DNA from: Christensenellaceae bacterium
GTDB taxonomy: Bacteria; Bacillota; Clostridia; Christensenellales; Borkfalkiaceae
Direction: 5' to 3'
Assembly (NCBI GenBank): GCA_045654225.1
Contig: JAZOMW010000006.1
Span: forward strand, 17,009-81,008
DNA: 64,000 bases
In this document: piece by piece, positions 29,674-37,964 of the stretch
Numbering within the stretch: position 1 is the stretch's first letter
Layout of the letters: each line of letters opens with the position of its first letter
The notes under the pieces: generated by a model
What the model saw: the letters and a program-made list of their open reading frames with translations, nothing else
What the model was told of the DNA's origin: nothing
The model's database searches: none
Made by a program: the position numbers and the translations under genes

Positions 29674-30384
29674 TTGAAAGTTTTTGCAATTAGTGACCTT
29701 CATCTTTCGTTAAACGGTGAAAAACCGATGGATATTTTCGGTTATAACTGGAAAGATTATCTTGTAAAAATTAAAGAAGATTGGCAAAATAAAGTGTCAA
29801 GCGAGGATATCGTTTTAATTAGTGGCGATATAAGTTGGGCTATGCAACTTGACGACGCGCTTTTAGACATCGACTTTTTTGCGGACTTAAACGGCACTAA
29901 AATTATTATTCGTGGCAATCACGATTACTGGTGGCAAGGCATAACTAAAATTCGCCAAAAACTTCCTAACGGCGTTTACGCTTTACAAAACGACGCTATT
30001 AAAATAGGCAACTGCGTATTCTGTGGTTCGCGCGGTTGGGCGGTTGAAGGCGCGGTTGACTATAAAGAGCATGATAAAAAAATTTATTTAAGAGAAGTTG
30101 AGCGCTTTAAACTCGCTTTAAATCAAGCGGTTAAATTAAGAGAGGACGGCGATAAACTTATATGTTTAATTCACTTTCCGCCGTTCAACGTAAGGTGTGA
30201 AAATTCGCTTTTTACTAATCTTTTTGAAGAGTTTAAGGTGGACAAGGTCGTTTACGGTCACCTTCACGGTAAGGACAGTAAGGCGTATTTTAGATATAAT
30301 AAAAACGGCGTTGAATATATATTATCGTCTTGCGATTTAGTAGAAAATAAATTAGTTGAGGTATATTCTAATGACAACGAATAA
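29674..30384 (+). CDS. Metallophosphoesterase
   Basis: SDLHL, GDISW, GNHDYW and GHLHG motifs. TTG start with AGGTG 4 nt upstream. Confidence 0.8.
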   Translation: MKVFAISDLHLSLNGEKPMDIFGYNWKDYLVKIKEDWQNKVSSEDIVLISGDISWAMQLDDALLDIDFFADLNGTKIIIRGNHDYWWQGITKIRQKLPNGVYALQNDAIKIGNCVFCGSRGWAVEGAVDYKEHDKKIYLREVERFKLALNQAVKLREDGDKLICLIHFPPFNVRCENSLFTNLFEEFKVDKVVYGHLHGKDSKAYFRYNKNGVEYILSSCDLVENKLVEVYSNDNE

Positions 30385-31525
30385 GACTTTTAAGAAAGAA
30401 ACGTTTATCAAAAAGGTAAAAGAAATTTGTTCTAGATGGTTTATAACCGCGTTTTCCGGTATGGCGCAAGGTTTGTTTTGCACCCTAATTGCGGGAACTA
30501 TTTTAGCAACTTTTGCCGAACAAGTTTTAAAGTTAAACAACTATTTAGGCTCTACTTTATATTACGTTGCATCTATGGCTAAAACCTTGATGGGAGCAGG
30601 TATAGGTGTGGGCATAGCGTATAAATTAAAAGCTAAACCATTAGTTGTGTTTACAGCGGGCGTTGCTGGGTTTGTTGGTGCTTTTGCCGATAAACTTTTA
30701 TATGACACGTTTTTGGCAGAGTTGTTTAAAGTTAGTGAGCCTTTTACAGATGTTTCTTTTGGCGTTCCAGGAAACCCTATCGGGGCTTATGTTGTCTCTA
30801 TTTTAGTTATAGAACTTGCAGAACTTTACGCCGGAAAAACAAAACTTGATATTATTTTAATTCCATTAGGGGGATTGTTAATATCTTTCATTGGTATTTT
30901 TGTTGCTAGTCCGTTTATTTATCTTATTAACGGATTAGGTATTTTAATTGCTAAAGCAACTAAAATAATGCCTTTCTTTATGGGTATAATTGTAGCTGTG
31001 GTAATGGGTATTTTACTTACTATGCCTACTTCTTCTGCCGCTATTTGGATTTCAGTTGCCAAGTCGGTTATAGAGGCTGGTGGAGATAATGCCGAATATA
31101 TGTATATAGCCGGAGGGGCAGCGGTTGTTGGTTGCTCTTGTCATATGGTTGGCTTTGCCGTTGCTTCTTTTAGGGAAAACGGCGTTGGTGGGCTTATTTC
31201 TCAAGGTATAGGAACGAGCATGCTTCAAATTCCTAACATTATGAAAAAGCCTATAATTATGTTACCTATGATTATTAGTAGTGCTATATTAGGACCTTTA
31301 TCTACTTGTGTTTTTGCTCTTCGCTGTGGTTATAACGGTGGCGGTATGGGAACTAGTGGATTTGTTGGCTTGATTGATTTATTTACTAACAATACGGGAG
31401 TTTTAGCCATTGTAGGAATTATATTGTTAAACGTGGTTTTACCTGCTGTTTTGAATTTGTTAATGAGCGAATTTATGCGTAAAAAAGGCTGGATTAAAGA
31501 CGGCGATATGAAACTTGAAAATTAA
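30371..31525 (+). CDS. PTS EIIC-domain membrane protein, PfoR-like
   Basis: A polytopic protein with an N-terminus RWFITAFSGMAQGLFCTLIAGTIL that resembles the PfoR / EIIC-like family as I remember it. No EIIA/EIIB gene is nearby. Confidence 0.55.
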   Translation: MTTNKTFKKETFIKKVKEICSRWFITAFSGMAQGLFCTLIAGTILATFAEQVLKLNNYLGSTLYYVASMAKTLMGAGIGVGIAYKLKAKPLVVFTAGVAGFVGAFADKLLYDTFLAELFKVSEPFTDVSFGVPGNPIGAYVVSILVIELAELYAGKTKLDIILIPLGGLLISFIGIFVASPFIYLINGLGILIAKATKIMPFFMGIIVAVVMGILLTMPTSSAAIWISVAKSVIEAGGDNAEYMYIAGGAAVVGCSCHMVGFAVASFRENGVGGLISQGIGTSMLQIPNIMKKPIIMLPMIISSAILGPLSTCVFALRCGYNGGGMGTSGFVGLIDLFTNNTGVLAIVGIILLNVVLPAVLNLLMSEFMRKKGWIKDGDMKLEN

Positions 31526-31542
31526 AAATTCATATAAACAAA

Positions 31543-31576
31543 AATCCTTTCATAAAATAATGAGAGGATTTTTTTA
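31543..31576 (+). terminator. Intrinsic terminator abutting the yabP start codon
   Basis: AATCCTTTCA-8 nt-TGAGAGGATT (one G-U pair) followed by T7. The U-tract runs directly into ATG 31576. Confidence 0.6.
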
Positions 31577-31833
31577 TGGAAGTAGTAAATCATACGTTAA
31601 GTTTAGAAAATAGAAAACGAATATGTTTGACGGCGGTTTTAGAAGTTTTAGCGTTTAGCGATAAGGAAATTAGGCTTAAACTTAAAAATAACGAAGTTAT
31701 AGTTTTGAGCGGTGAAAATTTAAAAATAGTTTGCTTTGACTCGTCCGCCTCAACCTTTACCGCAAGCGGAAATTTTACAAGCGTTAGATACCGCGCTCAA
31801 AACGCGTCAATCGTAAAAAAGGTGTTTAAATAA
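31576..31833 (+). CDS. yabP: Sporulation protein YabP
   Basis: 85 aa, with HTLSLENRKRICLTAVLEVLAFSDKEI typical of YabP. The yabP-yabQ-divIC order is present. Confidence 0.7.
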   Translation: MEVVNHTLSLENRKRICLTAVLEVLAFSDKEIRLKLKNNEVIVLSGENLKIVCFDSSASTFTASGNFTSVRYRAQNASIVKKVFK

Positions 31834-32318
31834 TGTTCGTTACTTACGACGAGCCCCGTATTATCCTGTTTTGCTTTGCGTTTGGCGGAATTGCGGGTTT
31901 AATTTACGAACTTTTTTATATAATTTTATTGCCAACTAGGTCTAACGCTATAAAGCACGTTGTAACTTTAATTTGGTGGTGCGTAGTTGCGTTTATATTC
32001 GTGTTTTTTAACTATTATTTCCATCTAGGCAATTTTAGGCTTTATAAATTAGCGGTTATTTTAATAGGTTTGCTATTTTACAAAAATAGTTTTCATAAAA
32101 TTATTGCATTTTTTTTGAATAGAGTATATAATAAATACGTTGCATATAGAAAAAAGTTAAAATTAAAAAAGGTTAAAAATGTCAGAGCAAAAAAAGAAAA
32201 GGGCACTTTCCGCGCTAATATCAGGCGCAATAATGCTGTTTACAATATTAGTGGCAATACTTTCTTACCAACTAATAAGCATAGTGCAAAAGTACAACGA
32301 AATAAAAAGGTTGGATGA
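31833..32318 (+). CDS. yabQ: YabQ-like spore cortex biosynthesis membrane protein with a Lys/Arg-rich tail
   Basis: Three to four TM spans. The position directly after yabP (ATG overlaps the yabP stop) supports the call. Confidence 0.5.
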   Translation: MFVTYDEPRIILFCFAFGGIAGLIYELFYIILLPTRSNAIKHVVTLIWWCVVAFIFVFFNYYFHLGNFRLYKLAVILIGLLFYKNSFHKIIAFFLNRVYNKYVAYRKKLKLKKVKNVRAKKEKGTFRANIRRNNAVYNISGNTFLPTNKHSAKVQRNKKVG

Positions 32319-32442
32319 AGAAATTTATAAAATCCAAGCGGAAATCGATTCTACGCGCTCCGAAATTGAAAGTTGGGGCTATGCCTGGAAAATTGAAGAA
32401 AGGGAACGCGAATTAGGGTTGTATTTTAATGATGAAGAATAA
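32179..32442 (+). CDS. divIC: Septum formation initiator (DivIC/FtsB family)
   Basis: Basic N-terminus, single TM span, then a coiled coil (EIKRLDEEIYKIQAEIDSTRSEIE). Synteny supports the call. Confidence 0.65.
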   Translation: MSEQKKKRALSALISGAIMLFTILVAILSYQLISIVQKYNEIKRLDEEIYKIQAEIDSTRSEIESWGYAWKIEERERELGLYFNDEE

Positions 32443-33313
32443 TTTAACTTTTCCTTTGGGAATTATAGATATAGGTAGCAACTCCGTCCGTCTTTTAATA
32501 ACGAACGGAGTTTTTTTTGACAAAAAACTAATAACTACAAGGCTTATTCAAAATAAGAGTGAAAGTGGGGACTTGGACTTAAATTCCGTTTATAAAACCG
32601 TATGCGCTATAAACGAGTTAAAAGAAGAAGCCAAAGAACGTGGCGTTAAAAATTTTTTCGCTTTTGCTACCGAAGCCGTTAGGTCGGCAAAAAACAAGGA
32701 CTATTTTTTAGAACTTGTAAAGAGTGTTACGGGTTTAACCGTAGAGGTTTTAAGCGGTGAAACGGAAGCCGAAATAGGTTTACTCGGCGCAAATTTAGGA
32801 AAAGACGGCTCTATTATAGATATAGGCGGAGCGAGTACCGAAATTGCCGTTTCAAAAGGCGGAAAAATAATTTACAAAAAAAGCGTAAAGATAGGCGCAG
32901 TCGATTTATTTAACAAAAAGTTTGAAAGCGTTGACGCACTAAAAAATTACGTTGATAATATCGTTAAAGATTTTGCTAACGCGCCCGTGTTTAGCGTAAA
33001 AGCAATAGGCGGTACGGCAACGGCTCTTTCCGCTATCGATTTAAAGTTAAAAGTTTACGACACTGCTTTAACCGACGGGCATTATTTGACGGCAAGTAGT
33101 CTTGAAAATATTTGCAAGGAACTATTTTCTAAAACACCGGAAGAAATATTTAATACGTACGCCGTATCTAAAACGCGCGCGGAAGTTATAAGCGGTGGCG
33201 CATATATTTTGCTTGGCGTGTTAAAACGCTTGAATTTAGACGGTGTTACCATTAGCGAAAAAGATAATTTAGAAGGGTATTTTTATAAAATAAGTGAAAA
33301 TTATGAAGAGTAA
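32429..33313 (+). CDS. Ppx/GppA family phosphatase (N-terminal domains only)
   Basis: IIDIGSNSVRLLI and IDIGGASTE, which are ASKHA-fold phosphate motifs. Confidence 0.8.
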   Translation: MMKNNLTFPLGIIDIGSNSVRLLITNGVFFDKKLITTRLIQNKSESGDLDLNSVYKTVCAINELKEEAKERGVKNFFAFATEAVRSAKNKDYFLELVKSVTGLTVEVLSGETEAEIGLLGANLGKDGSIIDIGGASTEIAVSKGGKIIYKKSVKIGAVDLFNKKFESVDALKNYVDNIVKDFANAPVFSVKAIGGTATALSAIDLKLKVYDTALTDGHYLTASSLENICKELFSKTPEEIFNTYAVSKTRAEVISGGAYILLGVLKRLNLDGVTISEKDNLEGYFYKISENYEE

Positions 33314-34388
33314 CAAGGAAATTTTAAAAACGCTTATAAACGGGCTTATTGCTCTCGTTTTATTAGGGCTTTATATTTTTGCGGTAGTTAACGCTTACGG
33401 GCTTTTTAAGGGCAAATTACTTCTTTACGTTGCGCTTTTGGTGGTTGGAGCGGTGGTTTCGTTATTTTTATACTCGTTAATACACGAACTCGGTCATTTA
33501 ATTGTTGGATTATTTGCGGGCTTAAAATTTTCTAAAATTTGCGTTTTAATTTTCTTGTTAGAACTTGAAAACGGCAAGTTTAAATTTAAACTTGTAAAGC
33601 CTACGGAATTAGGCTACACGGAAATGCTACCTAAAACGCCTTATAATTACGCTGAAAAACTCGCAATTTCCGCAGGTGGCGGTTTAATATTTTCAGTAAT
33701 TAGTACGCTCGTTTCAATACTAATTTGTATAAACTGCACTAACGATATTTATCTATTTTGTTTATTCGGCGCGTCGTATCCGCTTGCGTTCTATATCTTT
33801 TTAGTAAACGCGTTGCCGTTCTTTAAGGGAAGTGACGGAGATTTGGTTTTTTCCGTTTTGTTAGATGAAAAAACGCCTTCAACCTTAAAAAATTACTACA
33901 CCGCGCTTGCAAGCGTATTGCTTAAAAAAGAGCCTTGCGAAATAAATAGAAATTTACTTGAAATAGTTGACGACAAGCCGTTTTCGCAACCGCTTAAATA
34001 TTTAAGATATTTAAGTTATTTGCAAACTGATTTTAAAAAGGCGTTCGACGAAATTTCGGCTTTACAAAAATTAGATATTATTGACGATAATTTATATTTT
34101 AACGTTAAAAAAGAAATCTTTTTTTGCAAGTCCGTTTTACACGACCATAATTACGTTAATGAAAACGCTAACGCAATTGTAGGCGATATAGATTTAAGTG
34201 ACGATTTATGTAATTTTAGAGTTCACGCAGTGTATCGCATATTTATAAACGATATTGATTTTGCTAAACTCATTATAAAAAACGGTATTGATACTTTAAG
34301 TAAAAAAACTCAAAACGGGCTAGTTATAAGCGAAATTAAATATTTACAAGCGTTAAAGGAGCAACTTGACGCTGGTAATTTTAACTAA
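33294..34388 (+). CDS. Membrane protein with an HExxH motif (M50/site-2-protease-like)
   Basis: LIHELGHLIVG lies inside a TM span. There are several TM helices, then a soluble C-terminal half. Start is GTG 33294 or ATG 33303. Confidence 0.5.
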   Translation: MKIMKSNKEILKTLINGLIALVLLGLYIFAVVNAYGLFKGKLLLYVALLVVGAVVSLFLYSLIHELGHLIVGLFAGLKFSKICVLIFLLELENGKFKFKLVKPTELGYTEMLPKTPYNYAEKLAISAGGGLIFSVISTLVSILICINCTNDIYLFCLFGASYPLAFYIFLVNALPFFKGSDGDLVFSVLLDEKTPSTLKNYYTALASVLLKKEPCEINRNLLEIVDDKPFSQPLKYLRYLSYLQTDFKKAFDEISALQKLDIIDDNLYFNVKKEIFFCKSVLHDHNYVNENANAIVGDIDLSDDLCNFRVHAVYRIFINDIDFAKLIIKNGIDTLSKKTQNGLVISEIKYLQALKEQLDAGNFN

Positions 34389-34398
34389 ATAAACAAGC

Positions 34399-34431
34399 AA
34401 AAAAGCGTTGACGGTTAGTCAACGCTTTTAA
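34399..34431. terminator. Bidirectional terminator
   Basis: AAAAA-AGCGTTGAC-ggtta-GTCAACGCT-TTTAATTT. Confidence 0.7.
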
Positions 34432-34450
34432 TTTGTTAAATTACGCTAAA

Positions 34451-35305
34451 TTAGTTAGAACCTTTTTCAAAAAATGCAAGTCCAACAGCGCCGGGTCCAA
34501 CGTGCGTACCTATCGTGCTACCTATTTTACAAGTGCGCATAAAGTCGGTTGCGTGTTTCCAAAGTATAGAACTGTCGCTTAAATAGTTAGATAAAGCAAT
34601 CTCGTCACTACCCGATAGTATTGCGCAATACGGCATGTCAAAATCAATACCGCCACCGTTTTGAATAAACGAATTTAAAAGTAGGTTAGCCTTTTTAGCG
34701 CTCATTGCTTTGCCTATTACTTTAACTTTGCCATCAATTACGGAAATAAGCGGTTTAATTGAAAGCATAGTGCCTGCAACTGCTACTACCGAAGATATTC
34801 TACCGCCTTTTCTTAAATATTCAAGCGTGTTAATTCTTGCCATTATTCTAACTTTATTTTTCTTTTGGTCAAGTTCTTCTTTAATTTCAGTTGCACTCTT
34901 TCCGTCTTTTACTAATTTAATAGCGTATTCTACTAAAATCCTTTCGCCCGCGCAAGCGTTTAAACTGTCAACAACAAAAACTTTGCCGTCAAACTTTTCG
35001 CTAGCATTTTTAGCCGCTTCGTAAGTTCCTGAAAGGTTAGAAGATATGGTTATTGCAATAACTTCGCTTCCGTCTTTTGTAAGTTCTTCAAACTTTTCTT
35101 GCCATCTAAACTCGTTTACTAAACTTGTTTTTGGAAGTTCGTCGCTTTTTGCTAATTTGTCATAAAAATCTTCGGGAAGTAGGTTTTCGCCGTCTAAATA
35201 CTCGTCGGTACCAAACCTTATTTGCATAGATATAAGGTGTATGCCTAATTCTTGCGCCTCTTTTACGCTAATATCCGAAGCGGAATCTACTAATATTTTA
35301 ATCAT
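34451..35305 (-). CDS. DegV family fatty-acid-binding protein
   Basis: IKILVDSASDIS N-terminus, and about 285 aa. RBS AAAGGAGA precedes ATG 35305. Confidence 0.85.
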   Translation of the reverse strand: MIKILVDSASDISVKEAQELGIHLISMQIRFGTDEYLDGENLLPEDFYDKLAKSDELPKTSLVNEFRWQEKFEELTKDGSEVIAITISSNLSGTYEAAKNASEKFDGKVFVVDSLNACAGERILVEYAIKLVKDGKSATEIKEELDQKKNKVRIMARINTLEYLRKGGRISSVVAVAGTMLSIKPLISVIDGKVKVIGKAMSAKKANLLLNSFIQNGGGIDFDMPYCAILSGSDEIALSNYLSDSSILWKHATDFMRTCKIGSTIGTHVGPGAVGLAFFEKGSN

Positions 35306-35327
35306 TATTTCTCCTTTTTCATTGGTA

Positions 35328-35771
35328 TTATTCTTTATTGTTGCAAATGGTTTCAAGATTAGAGCAAATTAAAGATAAACTTTTATAAAAAATCTCTCTG
35401 TTTTCTTCCGCTAACCCTTCGCTTGCTTTATTTATTACGGAGTCTATTTTTTCAGCAATTTTTTTAGCCGTAGCAACGCCTTTTTTAGTTAAAACCAACG
35501 CGCTTTGATACCTTTTTTTAGCCGTACTTTCACACTTTAAAAAATCGTTAGTTTCCAAATAACTTATCGCGCGGGAAACGTTGGCTTTATCTTCTCTGCA
35601 CGCGTCGCAAAGTTCTTTTGCGGTAAGCGTTTTTAACTTGTATAAATAATATAGGCACGAAACGTGCGAACTTTTTAGGTTAAATTCGCTCATTTCATCC
35701 GTCTTAATTTTATGTACGAGTCTATTTGCTTTTGCTATAAGTATGGTAAATAATTCAAATCTTTCTTCCAT
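35328..35771 (-). CDS. MarR family transcriptional regulator
   Basis: A winged-HTH region LTAKELCDACREDKANVSRAISYLE, and about 147 aa from ATG 35771. Confidence 0.85.
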   Translation of the reverse strand: MEERFELFTILIAKANRLVHKIKTDEMSEFNLKSSHVSCLYYLYKLKTLTAKELCDACREDKANVSRAISYLETNDFLKCESTAKKRYQSALVLTKKGVATAKKIAEKIDSVINKASEGLAEENREIFYKSLSLICSNLETICNNKE

Positions 35772-35781
35772 AAATACATCC

Positions 35782-35839
35782 ACTTGTTGTAAAAACAACA
35801 AGTTTATTTTAACATATACTTGTTGTAATGTCAACAAGT
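35782..35839. promoter_or_regulatory. Two near-identical 22-bp palindromes ACTTGTTG-N6-CAACAAGT (candidate MarR operators)
   Basis: They lie at 35782-35802 and 35818-35839. The distal copy overlaps a minus-strand TTGACA-17-TAAAAT promoter. Confidence 0.6.
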
Positions 35840-35959
35840 TGCAAGTCTTTTTTTACGGTTAGATTTTTTGTAAAAATACGCTCAAAAAACAAAGAGCGTA
35901 AAAATTTGGAAAAAAACCGCTTTTATTTTTTAAAAAAAATAAAAAAATTAAAAAAACGC

Positions 35960-35987
35960 TTGCAAAAAATATTGTATATGTTATAAT
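35960..35987 (+). promoter_or_regulatory. Sigma-A promoter of gyrBA with an A/T-rich upstream element
   Basis: TTGCAA (35960-35965), 16-nt spacer, TATAAT (35982-35987). Long A-tracts lie at 35890-35958. Confidence 0.5.
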
Positions 35988-36038
35988 ATACTTATATAAT
36001 AATATATACTATATATTAAAAGTTTTTTGGAGGTTTTT

Positions 36039-37949
36039 ATGGATACCGAAAATAAAGTTTTAAACGAATACGGCGCGGACCAGATTAGGGAGTGTAAAGG
36101 TTTAGAGCATATAAGGCTTAGGCCTGGTATGTATATTCGTAATACGGACGCGTACGGTCTTCACCACCTTGTTAAAGAAACGGTTGACAACTCTATTGAC
36201 GAAGCGTTAGCCGGCTATTGCGACACTATAACCGTAACTATTTTAGAAGACGGTTCTTGTTCTATTCGCGATAACGGTCGTGGCATACCAACGGGTATGA
36301 GGGAAGAGGGTATTTCTACCGTAGAACTCGTTATGACGCACCCTAACGCGGGCGGTAAGTTCGGCGGTGGCGGTTACGAAATTTCTTCGGGCTTACACGG
36401 CGTTGGTTTAAAGGCGGTAAACGCGCTTTCTGAAACTGCCAGCGTTGACGTTTATCAAAACGGCAAGCATTATAGGCAAGAGTATAAAATAGGTGTTCCA
36501 CAAACCGAACTTTTAGTTTTAGAAGATACGAGCGAAACGGGAACTCGCGTAACGTTTAAACCAGACCCTACTATTTTTTCTACCGTTGATTTTAGTTACG
36601 AAACTATTAAAGGTATGCTTCGTGACTTTGCCTTTTTAAATACGGGCGTAAAACTCGTTTTAACCGACGAGCGTAACGGCGCGGTTAGAACGGAAGAAAT
36701 GTATAGCGAGGGCGGTATTAAAGAATACGTTGAAGTTCTTAATAGAAACAAAGAAGTTTTAACTAGCGAGCCCGTTTATTTTAAAAAGAAATACGGCAAG
36801 GAAACGATAGAGATTGCTTTCCAGTATAACGACGGTTATAACGAGCAAATTTTAGCCTTTGCAAACAACGTAAACAACGTTGAAGGCGGTACTCACCTTG
36901 ACGGGTTTAAAGCGTCGCTTACAAAAATAATAAACGACGCGGGCAAAAGGCTCAACTTGCTTAAAAACGACGATGATAAACTTTCGGGCGAAGACGTTAG
37001 AGAGGGTATTACAGCCGTAATTTCCGTTAAACTCGTTAATCCGCAATTTGAAGGTCAAACTAAAACAAAACTTGGCAATGCCGACATTAGAACGCTCGTA
37101 ACCAAAGCGATGAACGAAGAATTCGCTTCAAGCCTTGAAGAAAACCCTTCTTTTGCAAAAGAGTTAATATATAAGTGCTTAACGGCTAAAAAGGCGCGTG
37201 AAGCGGCAAGAAAAGCGCGTGAAGCTACGAGAAAGAGCGTGTTTGAATCAACGGCTCTACCGGGCAAATTAGCGGACTGTTCGAGTAAAGACCCTGAACT
37301 TTGCGAAATTTACATCGTAGAAGGCGATTCCGCAGGCGGAACTGCTAAACAGGGTAGAGATAGGCGCTTCCAAGCAATACTTCCACTTCGCGGTAAAATT
37401 TTAAACGTTGAAAAAACGCGTATAAACAGAGTTTTAGAAAACGAAGAAATTAAGGCAATGATAACTGCTTTCGGCGGTGGCATGCTTGACGACTTTGACG
37501 TAACTAAAATTAGATACGACCGCGTTATTTGTATGACGGACGCGGACGTTGACGGTTCTCACATTAGAATATTGCTTTTAACTTTCTTCTACCGTTATAT
37601 GCGTCCACTTATTGAAGAAGGTCACGTATATATTGCTCAACCACCGCTTTACAAAATAAGCAAAGGTAAGCAAGAACATTATTTCTATACCGAAGAAGAT
37701 AAAGAAGAGTTCTTAAAAGAAAACGACAAATGGGATATCCAACGCTATAAAGGTCTTGGTGAAATGGATAAAGACCAACTTTGGGAAACTACAATGAACC
37801 CAGAAACTAGAACTTTAAGGCGCGTAACTATAAAAGACGCGGTTGAAGCGGACGCTCAATTTACTATATTAATGGGCGAACAACCTGAATTAAGGCGTAA
37901 ATTTATTGAAGAAAACGCTAAATACGCTAACGCTGAACTTGACGTTTAA
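36039..37949 (+). CDS. gyrB: DNA gyrase subunit B
   Basis: GLHHLVKETVDNSIDEA, EGDSAGG, PLRGKILNVE and DADVDGSHI. GGAGG sits 5 nt before ATG 36039. Confidence 0.95.
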   Translation: MDTENKVLNEYGADQIRECKGLEHIRLRPGMYIRNTDAYGLHHLVKETVDNSIDEALAGYCDTITVTILEDGSCSIRDNGRGIPTGMREEGISTVELVMTHPNAGGKFGGGGYEISSGLHGVGLKAVNALSETASVDVYQNGKHYRQEYKIGVPQTELLVLEDTSETGTRVTFKPDPTIFSTVDFSYETIKGMLRDFAFLNTGVKLVLTDERNGAVRTEEMYSEGGIKEYVEVLNRNKEVLTSEPVYFKKKYGKETIEIAFQYNDGYNEQILAFANNVNNVEGGTHLDGFKASLTKIINDAGKRLNLLKNDDDKLSGEDVREGITAVISVKLVNPQFEGQTKTKLGNADIRTLVTKAMNEEFASSLEENPSFAKELIYKCLTAKKAREAARKAREATRKSVFESTALPGKLADCSSKDPELCEIYIVEGDSAGGTAKQGRDRRFQAILPLRGKILNVEKTRINRVLENEEIKAMITAFGGGMLDDFDVTKIRYDRVICMTDADVDGSHIRILLLTFFYRYMRPLIEEGHVYIAQPPLYKISKGKQEHYFYTEEDKEEFLKENDKWDIQRYKGLGEMDKDQLWETTMNPETRTLRRVTIKDAVEADAQFTILMGEQPELRRKFIEENAKYANAELDV

Positions 37950-37964
37950 TAGGAGGGAATAAAA

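Noticed and set aside
35890-35960. An extremely A/T-rich homopolymeric stretch upstream of gyrB, considered as a DNA-unwinding element or oriC.
   Set aside because: I saw no DnaA boxes nearby. It sits immediately upstream of a good TTGCAA-16-TATAAT promoter and is more simply an UP element.
37191-37232. A 21-nt tandem duplication in gyrB encoding KAREAAR-KAREATR.
   Set aside because: An AREAARKARE-type helix is a conserved feature of the GyrB linker in many bacteria, so this is not an insertion.
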